From Octopus sinensis (lineage: Eukaryota), in assembly GCF_006345805.1 (NCBI RefSeq), contig NC_043017.1:25482001-25546000 (forward strand): 64,000 nt of DNA, read 5' to 3'. The notes beneath the pieces are model-generated. The model had not been told where the DNA came from. It worked only from the letters and a program-made list of their open reading frames with translations, and ran no database searches. Both the position numbers and the translations under genes were made by a program. This document shows, one piece after another, positions 1 to 10,119 of this stretch; the stretch's first letter is position 1; each line of letters begins with the position of its first letter.

Positions 1-67
1 AAGCAAAATTAAGACGTCAGACAAATACTGGTGAAGATCTTATCAGTTGTTCTCTCTCTTGAAATAG

Positions 68-99
68 ATGGCTCTGTGCCGATGCAAGAAATCAATATC
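68..99 (+). CDS. candidate short internal exon of unidentified gene
   Basis: Pyrimidine-rich acceptor gttgttctctctcttgaaatag at 46-67, weak donor gtaaaa at 100. Open in all phases; phase 2->1 gives WLCADARNQY, phase 1->0 gives DGSVPMQEINI. Confidence 0.3.
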
Positions 100-262
100 G
101 TAAAAATTATTATATAACAAAAATGTAACGTTTGTTATGCTGTGTTACAAGAACATTATTAAGGCAAGCAAGCTGGTAGAGTTGATACTGCACTTGAGAA
201 AAAATGCTTAGCACACTTCTAGCTCTTTACATTCTGAGTTCAAATGCTGCTGAGGTTGACTA

Positions 263-470
263 TACTCTTTTTACTCTCTTTTACTCTTTTACTTGTTTCA
301 GTCATTTGACTGCGGTCATGCTGGAGCACCGCCTTTAGTTGAGCAAATCGACCCCGGGGCTTATTCTTTGTAAGCCCAGTACTTATTCTATCCATCTCTT
401 TTGCCGAACTGCTAAGTTATGGAGACGTAAACACACCAGCATCGGTTGTCAAGCAATGCTAGGGGGACAA

Positions 471-513
<43 letters not shown>

Positions 514-684
514 CATATATACAACAGGCTTCTTTCAGTTTCCGTCTACCAAATCCACTCACAAGGCATTGGTTGGCCTGAGGCTACAGCAGAAGACACT
601 TGCCCAAGATGCCATGCAGTGGGACTGAACCCGGAACCATGTGGTTGGTAAGAAAGCTACTTACCACAGCCACTCCTGCGCCTA
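263..684 (-). mobile_element. tRNA/CORE-type SINE, family A (about 420 bp, internal TA/TG microsatellite, (TAAAAGAG)n tail)
   Basis: On the minus strand: A-box-like tggctgtggt, B-box-like ggttcagtccc, CORE-like ggcatcttgggcaagtgtctt; more than 20 similar copies in the window. Confidence 0.9.
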
Positions 685-1199
685 TGTCTTCTACTCTTAA
701 GGGGCCAATAAAATAGGTACCAAATCAGCACTGGGATCAACGTAATCAGCTTCCCTGCCCTAACCACTGAGCCATGTTTGCTTTGATGATAAAGTGATGG
801 AAGGTTTCTTGGTTTTTGTGTTGTGAAGAGACCAGAAGTGATGTCAATATCTTAAGCATGTTGAGCATCATGTTTAGTAGACGAGCATCTTAACCACCCT
901 GTCCTTGCACCTCTCATTGTTTCAGTTATTAACTAATTAGTGTAGTCTGTCTGTTGTCATGTCTTCCTGAGCAAGAAGTGCATAACGTGTTGGTCTATTG
1001 TGCAAAGGAGGCTCATGATCTCTCTCTTTGCTGTAACACTGTATAAGTCAATCAATGGGTTCCACAGGTCTGAGCGACCCAATGCTAATCAACATATGCT
1101 GTGCTTGTGATTGTAGGGGGATGTCGTGCATTGCCTTGCCTGGAGACATATAAATCTGTTAAGACAGCTGTGATCCTTTCATCTTAATAAAGAAGAGTA

Positions 1200-1540
1200 A
1201 AGGCTAAAGACTCCCTTTGGTCATGACTGACCATGGGATTGCACCTTGAAAGTTACCCTCCCTGGCACAAGTCCGGGTAAGGTTATTTTATGGAAGACTA
1301 GCAGTCGCCCATGCATACCAGCCTCCCCTCTACATGCCATTGATGTTATTTAAGGGAAAAGCAATGGCTGATACAGCTTGGCACCAGTGACATTGCAACT
1401 CATTTCTACAGCTGAGTGAACTGAAGCAATGTGAAATGAAGTGTCTTGCTCAAAAACACAACATGCAGCCCGGTCCTGGAATTGAACCCACTACCTCATG
1501 ATTGTGAGCCTGATGTTCTAACCACAGCGCCATGTGCTTT
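1200..1540 (-). mobile_element. tRNA/CORE-type SINE, family D
   Basis: Minus strand has a tRNA-like head followed by the gttcttgagcaagacacttcatttcac-type core shared with copies at 7445, 16000, 22598 and 47270. Confidence 0.8.
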
Positions 1541-1901
1541 CATTTAATGATACAAATCATTTTTTCTAGCTGGAGCAACGTGAAATAAAGTGTCTTGCTC
1601 AAGGACTCAAAGTGCTACCAAGAATTGAACTCCCAACCCTACGATTGTATGCTGATTGCCCTCATCACTAAGCCAAGTGCCTTCATTCTAGTAGAAATAG
1701 ACAGATAGTGAAGTTTGATTTCTTGGATTCACAGAATATCTTGCGTTGGCCAAAAGACAGTTGGGTAAATAAACGAAAATGAAAACTTAAAGAGAGCCTG
1801 GTCACATCCGAGTAGTTAGAAGCAATGAAAGATAAAGACCATCAACGTGTGTGAAATGTTGAATTAAATAGAGACGGATATGAATTTTATTTGGTTCACA
1901 G

Positions 1902-1934
1902 TGCAGAGACTCACTTCTCTGGAACAAGAAAAAA
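1902..1934 (+). CDS. candidate 33-nt symmetric exon
   Basis: Acceptor ttttatttggttcacag, donor gtaata. Phase 1 reads xQRLTSLEQEK (coiled-coil-like); phase 0 reads CRDSLLWNKKK. Confidence 0.35.
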
Positions 1935-1994
1935 GTAATAAATACAAGTCATTTTCTATTAATTTTACACATTTGTTTTCCGAATTTGAAATAG

Positions 1995-2014
1995 CTGAGT
2001 GGATATAGTTACAG
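1995..2014 (+). CDS. candidate 20-nt microexon
   Basis: Acceptor ...ttttccgaatttgaaatag, strong donor ACAG|GTGAGC. Only phase 0 is open (LSGYSY+ag). Confidence 0.35.
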
Positions 2015-2257
2015 GTGAGCAGTAAACAATCAGTTTGTGAGTTCTAACTTAATACCTGCATTTTTTTCCTTTTTCTTTTTTTTGGTTTTGAGCCTATATT
2101 CTTCTTTGTTTCTGTTCAAAAAAAATCAGTTGGTAGTAATATCAGATTGTCTGAGAATATTATCGGTGATAAACTGGTACCGTGTCTTGGTAGATGCTTA
2201 TATATTTTTTCCATGTACGAATGTAGAATATTACAGATTATCTAAGCAGTAAAGCTA

Positions 2258-2404
2258 TAGGTGTAGGAGTGGCTGTGTGGTAAGTAGCTTGCTTACCAAC
2301 TACATGGTTCCGGGTTCAGTCCCACTGCGTGGCACCTTGGGCAAGTGTCTTCTACTATAGCCTCAGACCAACCAAAGCCTTGTGAGTGAAAGAAGCCCGT
2401 CGTA

Positions 2405-2457
<53 letters not shown>

Positions 2458-2650
2458 ATATGTTTGTTCTCCCAACATCGCTTGACAACCGATGCTGGTG
2501 TGTTTATGCCCCTGTGACTTAGCGGTTTGGCAAAACAGACTGATAGAATAAGTACTAGGCTTACAAAGAATAAGTCCTGGGGTCGATTTCCTCGACTAAA
2601 GGCGGTGCTCCAGCATGGCCACAGTCACATGACTGAAACAAGTAAAAAAA
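2258..2650 (+). mobile_element. SINE family A
   Basis: taggtgtaggagtggctgtgtggtaag head through gactgaaacaagtaaaa tail. Confidence 0.9.
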
Positions 2651-2844
2651 AAATGTGACTATTTGAATATGTATTACTCTTCTGAAGTGAGATAGAGTAA
2701 GTCATCACATGCCACATCGTGATTTCAATTCCTAGACGCGTAGTGTGTTGTGTTCTTGAGCAAGACACTTCATCTCATGTTGCCCTATGATCACTTCAAC
2801 ACCTGTCATGTAGTATACTGTGCATCTTTGATGGGAGAGTCCAT

Positions 2845-2870
2845 CATTATTATTATAATTATTATTATTA

Positions 2871-2909
<39 letters not shown>

Positions 2910-2910
2910 T
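2845..2910. repeat. (TAT/ATT)n microsatellite
   Basis: Direct reading; explains the poly-I and poly-N ORFs. Confidence 0.95.
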
Positions 2911-2919
2911 GAGTGAGAG

Positions 2920-3470
2920 AGCAGTGCATGGCATCAGAGTGACACTGGAGTACAGATATACAGTATACCTATCATGACTACCTGTCTGATAAGGGCACAC
3001 CAGGCATATACATCACAGCCATACGTGTGTGGCATGGTGATCTCATTATCAAGATAAGTAGCACATGATCTTGCAGGTAGAGCCCAGTTAAAATTTTCTT
3101 CAAGTTGAGTAGCCCATCCTGCTCAAAAGGTCCCTGAATAAGGTTTTAGGATGTTGAACGAAACACCCATGTTTCCAGAGGTGCAATATCCAAACCCCAA
3201 AGAATTCCTCTCAACACATGGATATGATGTTCCCCTTCTACTTCTGCTCATGATCAGAGACGCACATATCGTCAGCCAGTAAGGGACATGCTCAACTGGT
3301 TACGGTCAAACAACTGAGAAGTAAATGTGTGGTATTGAGCAGAATATTTGCTGTCGCCCATCTTTTTATACCAAGACAAAACAATGTACATGATGACACT
3401 TCCAGTCAGTTAAGAGCAAAAGCCATGAGAGCCAGTGACTGGGGTTGCATCAGGGCATTTATTATTGTTT
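2920..3470. repeat. unclassified dispersed repeat (family E)
   Basis: About 160 bp of it (3230-3390) recurs in inverted orientation at 58700-58865. Confidence 0.6.
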
Positions 3471-3604
3471 CACTTCTCAGAGTGCTTGGTCTTGTTTGCT
3501 CTGGTTGATTCTGTGACAACATGCAGCAGCCTATCGTCAGATGTCTCAAAGGGTCTCTTTCTGCACATTATAAGCTTTGATAATTGGTTGTTAATTATTG
3601 TGGA

Positions 3605-3696
3605 AGACATTCAACACACTCAAGTACCAATTTCAGAATCCTAGCTGTCCCCAGCAGAGCAGTTTTTTGGGCTTGCTCTGTTCTCTTGTCAGTTCC

Positions 3697-3697
<1 letters not shown>
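3605..3697 (-). mobile_element. R4/Dong-clade LINE, 3' end of ORF
   Basis: Minus strand reads EQAQKTALLGTARILKLVL, matching the C-terminal QKxxLLGTARIL motif after the RLE domain. Confidence 0.7.
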
Positions 3698-3699
<2 letters not shown>

Positions 3700-3733
<34 letters not shown>

Positions 3734-3736
3734 GAT

Positions 3737-3791
<55 letters not shown>

Positions 3792-3815
3792 GCCGCCGCC
3801 GCCACCACCACCACC
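3700..3815. repeat. compound (TAT)(TAC)(GCC)(CAC) microsatellite
   Basis: Direct reading. Confidence 0.95.
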
Positions 3816-3948
3816 ATATTTTCAGTAGTTTTATGTGAGTTTCTACTGCCCCACCATATTCCTGAGATGTGTGTAGTGTTGTCTTTCAAGAATGCAAAAT
3901 TGTGTTTATATAGATATATATATGTGTATATATATGTATATATATATA

Positions 3949-4229
3949 TGTAAATGTAATATGTGACAATTATTCAGTAGCCATGATAAAACTCCAAGTT
4001 TTAGATGCTGAGGTGGAAATCCACACCACCATTTCTTCAGTTATCTGGTCATCGGAAATGGCCAGATAACTGAAGAGATGGCGGTGTGGATTTCCACCTC
4101 GGCATCCGAAACTCGGAGTTTTATCATGGCTACCGAATAATTGTCACATATTACATTTACAGATAAATTCCTCTATTTACATAATATCGAGCTCTCTTTC
4201 TTTCTTTTGTTATCTTACCATTTTTATCA
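3949..4229 (+). mobile_element. Penelope-like pLTR with an inverted truncated copy, inserted in (TA)n
   Basis: Arms 3949-4052 and 4058-4161 are 104-bp inverted repeats (8 mismatches). It contains a hammerhead motif and is flanked by TA runs on both sides. Confidence 0.7.
4060..4131 (+). ncRNA. type I hammerhead ribozyme (complete core)
   Basis: Stem I GGCCA-GAUAA / UUAUC-A-UGGCU; CUGAAGA at 4070-4076; long stem II 4077-4107; GAAA at 4108-4111; stem III ACU-CGG-AGU; predicted cleavage after GUU at 4120. Confidence 0.8.
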
Positions 4230-4249
4230 ATATATATATATATATATAT

Positions 4250-4713
4250 ATAAAAAATTGAATAAGGGTAGAAATTGATATTAATCAATTAAAACCAGTG
4301 GCCTAGCATATTAAAAAAAATCCAAAGATAAAATTATTTTTTACATACAAAATTTAAAGGACTGACCACTAAAAGTGGACAGTCAACATGCTAGATATAG
4401 ACGTCAAAATCGCTATTTTCCACGAAGAATGTGTTCTCAAGAAAAAACTCAGCAAAAAGCCAAAGTGTAAAAAATTAACATGCACACACGCACACACATA
4501 TATATATATATATATAATAATAAATATAAGAGAATGGTCACTATGTGGCTCATTCTAGCACTAGAAAATCCAGAAGGTTTCAACCACAAAAATACATGTT
4601 TCCTATGAAAGTCAGTACGATTGTTAGCTCACACGAACAGGGCAAATAAAAAATAACAAAAATACAGATTATCTTGGGACAATTGTTTCGCTATTAATGA
4701 ATTAAATGTAATA
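4250..4713. mobile_element. two short TA-anchored non-autonomous elements (probably Penelope-derived)
   Basis: Non-simple segments 4250-4485 and 4515-4713 are bounded by TA/CA runs; the second carries a hammerhead 3' half on the minus strand. Confidence 0.45.
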
Positions 4714-5049
4714 TATATATATATGCATATATATACAGATATATATATATATTGTCTGTGGGAGTTTGTTTTGTTGTTTCTGGTGTTAGTCTAGTGTTCA
4801 GTCTGTTATGTAGAATATGTGTTGTGTGAGTTGTGTCACATGGTTGGATGGTCAGCGTTGGATGGTGATTGTAGAACACGTGTATTACATTGCTGAGTGT
4901 TGTTGTACCAGCCACCAACTCAGCAGGAGTATATACGTCGTTTTCTTTAGTAGTGACTGCATAGAGGTATGTTTTCTGTCATGTTTGATAGTCATTCCGT
5001 TAGAATTGATGTGTGAATTTTATTTTACTAGGGGAATATTGTAGAGGGT

Positions 5050-5375
5050 ATCATCATCATTGTTTAACGTCCGTTTTCCGCGCTAGCATGGGTTGGACGG
5101 TTCCACCGGGGTCTGGGAAGCCAGGAGGCTGCACCAGGCTTCAGTCTGATCTGGCAGTGTTTCTACAGCTGGATTCCCTTCCTAACGCCAACCACTCCGT
5201 GAGTGTGGTGGGTGCTTTTTACGTTTCACCAGCACAGGTGCCAGGAGAGGCTGGCAGTGGTTACAATCGGTTGGTGCTTTTAATGTGCCACCAGCACGGA
5301 AGCCAGTCAAGATGGCGCTGGCATCGGCCACATTTGGATGGTGCTTTTTACATGCCACCAGCACAGAAGCCAGTC
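5050..5375 (-). mobile_element. SINE-like family C ((GAT)n tail, about 57-bp VNTR modules)
   Basis: Shares ctggatgcccttcctaacgccaaccactcc and tail-proximal ttaacgtccgctttccatgctagcatggg with about 18 copies in the window. Confidence 0.85.
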
Positions 5376-5441
5376 ATAAGATATATTTCTTTATTTATGT
5401 GCTACATCTAGAGGAAAGGCACGTACTTGTGGTTTTTACAG

Positions 5442-5511
5442 GAGCTCCCAGACTGAAGACATTGGATGCCTTCAAAGTTCCAAAAAAATACTAAAGGAAA
5501 AATATGAGCAG
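5442..5511 (+). CDS. candidate internal exon (alternative in-frame acceptor at 5412)
   Basis: Acceptor gtggtttttacag, strong donor GCAG|GTAAAG. Phase 2->0 reads xSSQTEDIGCLQSSKKILKEKYEQ; compatible with the 1995-2014 exon. Confidence 0.45.
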
Positions 5512-5917
5512 GTAAAGAATCTCATGCAGAGACAGCTGACATTTTGGGCAAGAAGCCGTGGGTCTAGTGATTAATGTAGGGTTTGAACTCAACAATAAGG
5601 GTGGTGAGAAGATGGGAGACAAGTGGATTGGGAATACCTAGACAAAAGATAGCATGAGCCTGACCTACTCAAAGGAGTAGAGGCCATTACAGTAGCTGTA
5701 GAAAAGACAGAGAGAGAGAGAGAGTTGGGGAGGGCATGTTTGTAGACCAGAGCTTGAATGGGTCTTTGAATGACTTTATTGTAATCAGTTGTGAGCAGAG
5801 TCACATAGAATGTAGGCTCTCTCTCACAGAGCTGTCTTGTTTATTTCGTGTAATATGGGAGTCCTAGTCTGGTCTGTTTTTGCTCATATATCCTTCTTAT
5901 CATTCCTAGTGTTCCAA

Positions 5918-6293
5918 TTATTGCCTGTGCCTTTGCGAAGGTGGAAATGTTGTTTTCAGTTGTGTTTGTTTGTTTGGTTTGTCCATGGACAAGATATCTT
6001 AAGAACTGCTGGATGGATTTGGATGAAACTTTCAGGGATGTTTGGCCTCATGACTGACACAAACTGATTACATTTTGGGATTGATCTGGTACTGGACAAG
6101 GATTCTGGATTATTTTTCCAGTTTTTTTTTACTTAATTTTTGAGAGCAGTCAGGTTCATTTTTAGTATTCTCATTTGCGAGAGTAGTCAAATTTATTTCA
6201 GATATTCTCATTTTAAAAATCATCTCTGGCTAATCATTGAGAGGATGTTAGTGTTGCCTTGGCGGAGGTTTGTGCTCTCTGAATGTTCTTGTT
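5918..6293 (+). mobile_element. Helentron-associated non-autonomous element (HINE/DINE-1-like)
   Basis: Sub-terminal inverted motif (cctttgcgaagg near 5' end, ccttggcggagg near 3' end), (GTTT)n near the 5' end, ggatggatttggatgaaactt core, TT-flanked 3' end. Confidence 0.65.
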
Positions 6294-6487
6294 ATTAATA
6301 CTGTTTTCACTTGTGTGTTCTACATTCTGCTTTTTTCAGCTTCCTTGTCTTTTAACTGTCATCGTTTTCCACCTTCTGAGTAATGTTTTGGTCAGAAGGG
6401 GCTCAAAAGCATCCTCATTCCAGTCTTTGCAAATTGTATCTGGATGCTTTATCTTGATTTCGTTGTCAGTGTGGACTTGTTTCTTAG

Positions 6488-6567
6488 ATTATTGCAACCA
6501 TCAATGAATTAATGAAGATGAAAGCTACTTGCCAATTTATCCAAATGATGGCACACATTTCAAAGAG
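6488..6567 (+). CDS. candidate internal exon
   Basis: Acceptor ggacttgtttcttag, donor AG|GTCAGT. Only phase 0 is open: IIATINELMKMKATCQFIQMMAHISK. Confidence 0.3.
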
Positions 6568-6591
6568 GTCAGTAACTTTAAGAGCCTAGGG

Positions 6592-6791
6592 CAGTGGTTT
6601 TCAACCAGGGTTCCGCCAGTACAGTCTAGGGGTTCCGCAAGAAGTTACAAAACTGCTAAAATCGGCAGTAATTTTTAATTCTCCTGTGCAGATATGTGTG
6701 CATAAGACTATAAAATTATTGCACAGGGGTTCCTCGAGCAGTGGAATGTTTCCTTGGGGTTCCGCTCCAGCAAAAAGTTTGAAAAGCACTG
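6592..6791. mobile_element. hAT-type MITE
   Basis: TIR cagtggttttcaa / ttgaaaagcactg; perfect 8-bp TSD GCCTAGGG at 6584-6591 and 6792-6799. Confidence 0.9.
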
Positions 6792-6829
6792 GCCTAGGGA
6801 CTTATCTTGCTGACAGTAAGAGTGCTAGT

Positions 6830-7012
6830 AATGGTGCCACGTAAGAAAGCACCCAGTACACTATGTAGAGTGGCTGGCATTAGGGAGGGCATCCAGCTGT
6901 AGAAAGCAAGCCAAACTAGACTATGGAATCTGGTGCCGCCCCCGGCCTTGCCAGCTCCTGTCGAGCCATCTAACCCATGCCAGCATGGAAAATGAGCATT
7001 AAATGATGATGG
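6830..7012 (+). mobile_element. SINE-like family C, truncated
   Basis: ggcattagggagggcatccagctgtagaaa ... ccatgccagcatggaaaa with gatgat tail. Confidence 0.8.
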
Positions 7013-7084
7013 TGTTTTAAGATAAGCCTGGAGTGTCTGTAATAAACTTCCTTATGACTGACAATTGGGTATTTCAGAGTCAAC

Positions 7085-7400
7085 AAAGCTAGCTTTCTCC
7101 AAGACATGGGTAGAGAGTATTCTTTTCTATGGAGCTGGAACCTAGACTATTAGCAAAGAATTTCAAGATTACCTTGATTGTATTTGCACAAGATTTCTCA
7201 TGAAGGTTGAAAGCATCTCATAGTATGAGCACAAGACCAAAGGGAAAATCTCTGGAGGTATTCCTCCCATCTTTGCAATTGTTGCTCAGTTCAGGGCAGG
7301 CTTTGTTGACCACTGCCACTGTCCTGAACACCAGGCCATATCAGATGTTAATTTTGGGTAACTTCCCAACTTCTATATCCTAATAGAGTGCAAAGGCCTA
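7085..7400 (+). pseudogene. decayed RTE-type LINE ORF fragment
   Basis: Reads KLAFSKTWVESILFYGAGT*TISK...LDCICTRFL, matching the post-RT ESILLYGxETW...LDGxYTR motif; contains stops. Confidence 0.6.
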
Positions 7401-7444
7401 TCACTGACAGTGATATTATTGGCATACATAAAATAATAAATAAA

Positions 7445-7941
7445 TGCACCCTTTTAAAGCCTAGCCAGGCTCATGGGCCTAGTTTCCCGGTTTCAATGGC
7501 ATATGTGTTCCCCAGCTGGACGGGACGCCAGTCCATCGCAGCGTTACTCATTTTTGCCAGCTGAGTGGACTGGAGCAATGTGAAATGAAGTGTTTTGCTC
7601 AAGAACACAACGCGTCGCCCAGTTCAGGAATTGAAACCACAATCTTACGATCATGATGCTGACACCCTTAACCACTAAGCCACGCGCCTCCACATGTGCC
7701 CTTTTAATGCCTAGCCAGGCTCATGGGTCCGGTTTCTTGGTTTCAATGGCGTATGTGTTCCCCAGCTGGACGGGATGCCAGTCCATCGCAGCGTTACTCC
7801 TTTTTGCCAGCTGAGTGGACTGGAGCAATGTGAAATGAAGTGTTTTGCTCAAGAACACAATGCGTCGCCCGGTCCAGGAATCAAAACCACAATCTTACAA
7901 TCATGATGCTGACGCCCTAACCACTAAGCCACGCGCCTCCA
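7445..7941 (-). mobile_element. head-to-tail dimer of SINE family D
   Basis: Two near-identical 250-bp copies at 7445-7692 and 7693-7941. Confidence 0.85.
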
Positions 7942-8072
7942 CAGCATTGGCATACATACACATACATGATGAAATTAAGATCCTACCTAAACTAATGGGA
8001 GCAAAGGTTCCTGGTGCTGTATGGTGGAAATGACTCCCAGTTGTGGCCACTTGGTAGAATATATTTGGATTT

Positions 8073-8484
8073 AGCGAGCTGGCAGAAACGTTAGCATGCC
8101 GGACGAAATGCGTAGCCGTATTTCGTCTGCTGTTACATTCTGGGCTCAAATTCCGCCGAGGTCGACTTAGCTTTTCATCCTTTCGAGGTCGATAAATTAA
8201 GTACCAGTTACGCACTGGGGGTCGATGTAATCGACTTAATTCGCTTGTCTGTCCTTGTTTGTCCCCTCTATGTTTAGCCCCTTGTGGGTAATAAAGAAAT
8301 AGGTATTTCGTCTGCCGTTACATTCTGGGCTCAAATTCTGCCGAGGTCAACTTTGCCTTTCACCCTTTCAGGGTCGATAAATTAAGTACCAGTTACGCAC
8401 TGGGGTCGATGTAATCGACTTAATCCGTTTGTATGTCCTTGTTTGTCCCCTCTATGTTTAGCCCCTTGTGGGTAATAAAGAAAC
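8073..8484 (+). mobile_element. SINE family B, dimer (head plus two 185-bp units)
   Basis: Units start at 8119 and 8304; 12-bp TSD ATATATTTGGAT at 8059-8070 and 8485-8496. Confidence 0.9.
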
Positions 8485-8559
8485 ATATATTTGGATATAG
8501 CAAAAACTGAGTACTTGGAAATGATGTGGTCAATCACCTCATAGTCTGCAGTTGATGTT

Positions 8560-9460
8560 GGCATCTCTCTTTGTTTTTATTTTGCTTTTGTAAATTATTC
8601 CAGCTTGGCATTGGTCTAGTGTAACCATAATAACCATTGATGGGTTTTACTCTGACGTATTTCTTGTCAAAAGAGTTTCATTGCTTATTGGCCATGGAGC
8701 GTTTTTTCCTCTGCAATTTTTCTTCAGTATTTTCTAAATTCTCTTTCGATAACTTTTGTTTTCTATTTTTTAAAAACTTTTCTTAATGGTTTTTTTTTTC
8801 CTTATCTAAATCTCTTTCATCACTATGGCTAGTTTTCCAGTTTTCATTTTGCTCGGTACAAGAGCCAAAGTTTATATTTGTTTTCTTTATGTTTCCTTAT
8901 CATTCTAATAAGTTTCCCTTTGCTTACTTCTAAAGCATTCTCCTAGTCTCATTGCTCTTACATTGTATTAGTTTTCTATTTCCACCACAGCTGTCCTTCT
9001 CGTGTGTTGTGCATTCTATCTCTATCAGCTTTAAGGCGTTAGCTTTGAAACACTGTCAGAAGTTTAGTAATTTTTCTGCCTAAGCTCTTCAATTCACATT
9101 GTGTTTCCTACACTGAGACTGTAGTTTATAACTGGAATGGCTAATGAGTTCATACCTGTCATATTACTTCTAGAATTTAGTTCAATTTTTAATATTATTC
9201 TGACTCTTTTGTGGCACCCATTTCTAATTTTTCCTTCCAATTTTTTCCTTCCTTTAGGTGTTTTGTATCTTAACAATTTCATCAATTCCTAAATATTTGT
9301 GTGAGCAGCTCTTGTCTAATTCTCCTATTTTGGTGCCTGCATCGCATTCAGTATTCCCAGTTTTAATTAATTTGGTCCTTCTTCTAAAAGCTTTAAAACA
9401 TTCGTCTAATTCCACACTCATTTTTGGGACCTTGGCTAAATTTATGAGCAATATTTAATA
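8560..9460 (-). pseudogene. decayed R4/Dong-clade LINE RT-region fragment
   Basis: Minus frames read ...ELDECFK...HKYLGIDE and KRVRIILKIELNSRSNMTGMNSLAIPVINYS, typical of R4/Dong post-YMDD motifs; frameshifted. Confidence 0.7.
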
Positions 9461-9830
9461 GGTTGATCAACAAGGTATTTTCCTCTGTAAATATTTAAAA
9501 GATATTGTCCATACAAGGGTGATGGTTTATAATTATAACAGTGTAGAGCATTGTTATAACATTGCTTGACCCACAAGAAATAGCAGGTCAGATCTTCCAG
9601 ACAAAAACCTACCCCAAAAAAAAAAATAATAAATAAGGTAAGGGCACATGAGATGCACTGCCCCTGTCAAAATAAAAAGGTGGGAAAGGGGTGTTGGTCC
9701 TAGTTGGAAAGCCTTGGATCATAGGTTTGTTTGATAAGAATAAAACTGGAGCTAAACAATAATATTGACACTTTGAGATAAAATGTATTAATTTTTTTTC
9801 TATTTTTTTTCCCTTCTGTTTTTCTTTTAG

Positions 9831-10013
9831 ATTTAATCAACGGTCAAGCTTCAGGTCCTACTTCAACGTCTCGGTCAAACAGCCCTGTGAAACCCTTACA
9901 GCATGGCAACTCCCTATCTGACATGGTGTCTCACCCGTCAGCCGCTAACGTCGAACAGATGTATCCTTTCCCAGTTGTGGACACCACATCCTACGACAAC
10001 ATAGGTTTAAACA
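9831..10013 (+). CDS. internal coding exon (183 nt, phase 1-1) of an unidentified plus-strand gene
   Basis: Long polypyrimidine acceptor ...ctgtttttcttttag and donor ACA|GTGAGT. Only one frame is open: xLINGQASGPTSTSRSNSPVKPLQHGNSLSDMVSHPSAANVEQMYPFPVVDTTSYDNIGLN. Non-repetitive and CpG-containing. Confidence 0.8.
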
Positions 10014-10119
10014 GTGAGTAGGATGGTCAGCCTTTTCTATTTATAACATTTTGTAACACAACTTGGACGTGGTCTGGAGAGTAAAGAATTACCATTGATA
10101 TGATTGATGTTCTTATTAA

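Noticed and set aside
4255-4310. Possible decayed hammerhead (aattgat-atta-atcaatt-AAAAC-cagtggcc)
   Set aside because: Both core halves deviate from consensus; not supportable without a family consensus.
7078-7109. 32-nt segment that would bridge phases between the 6567 and 9831 exon candidates
   Set aside because: It is part of the decayed RTE ORF and the donor (gtagag) is weak.
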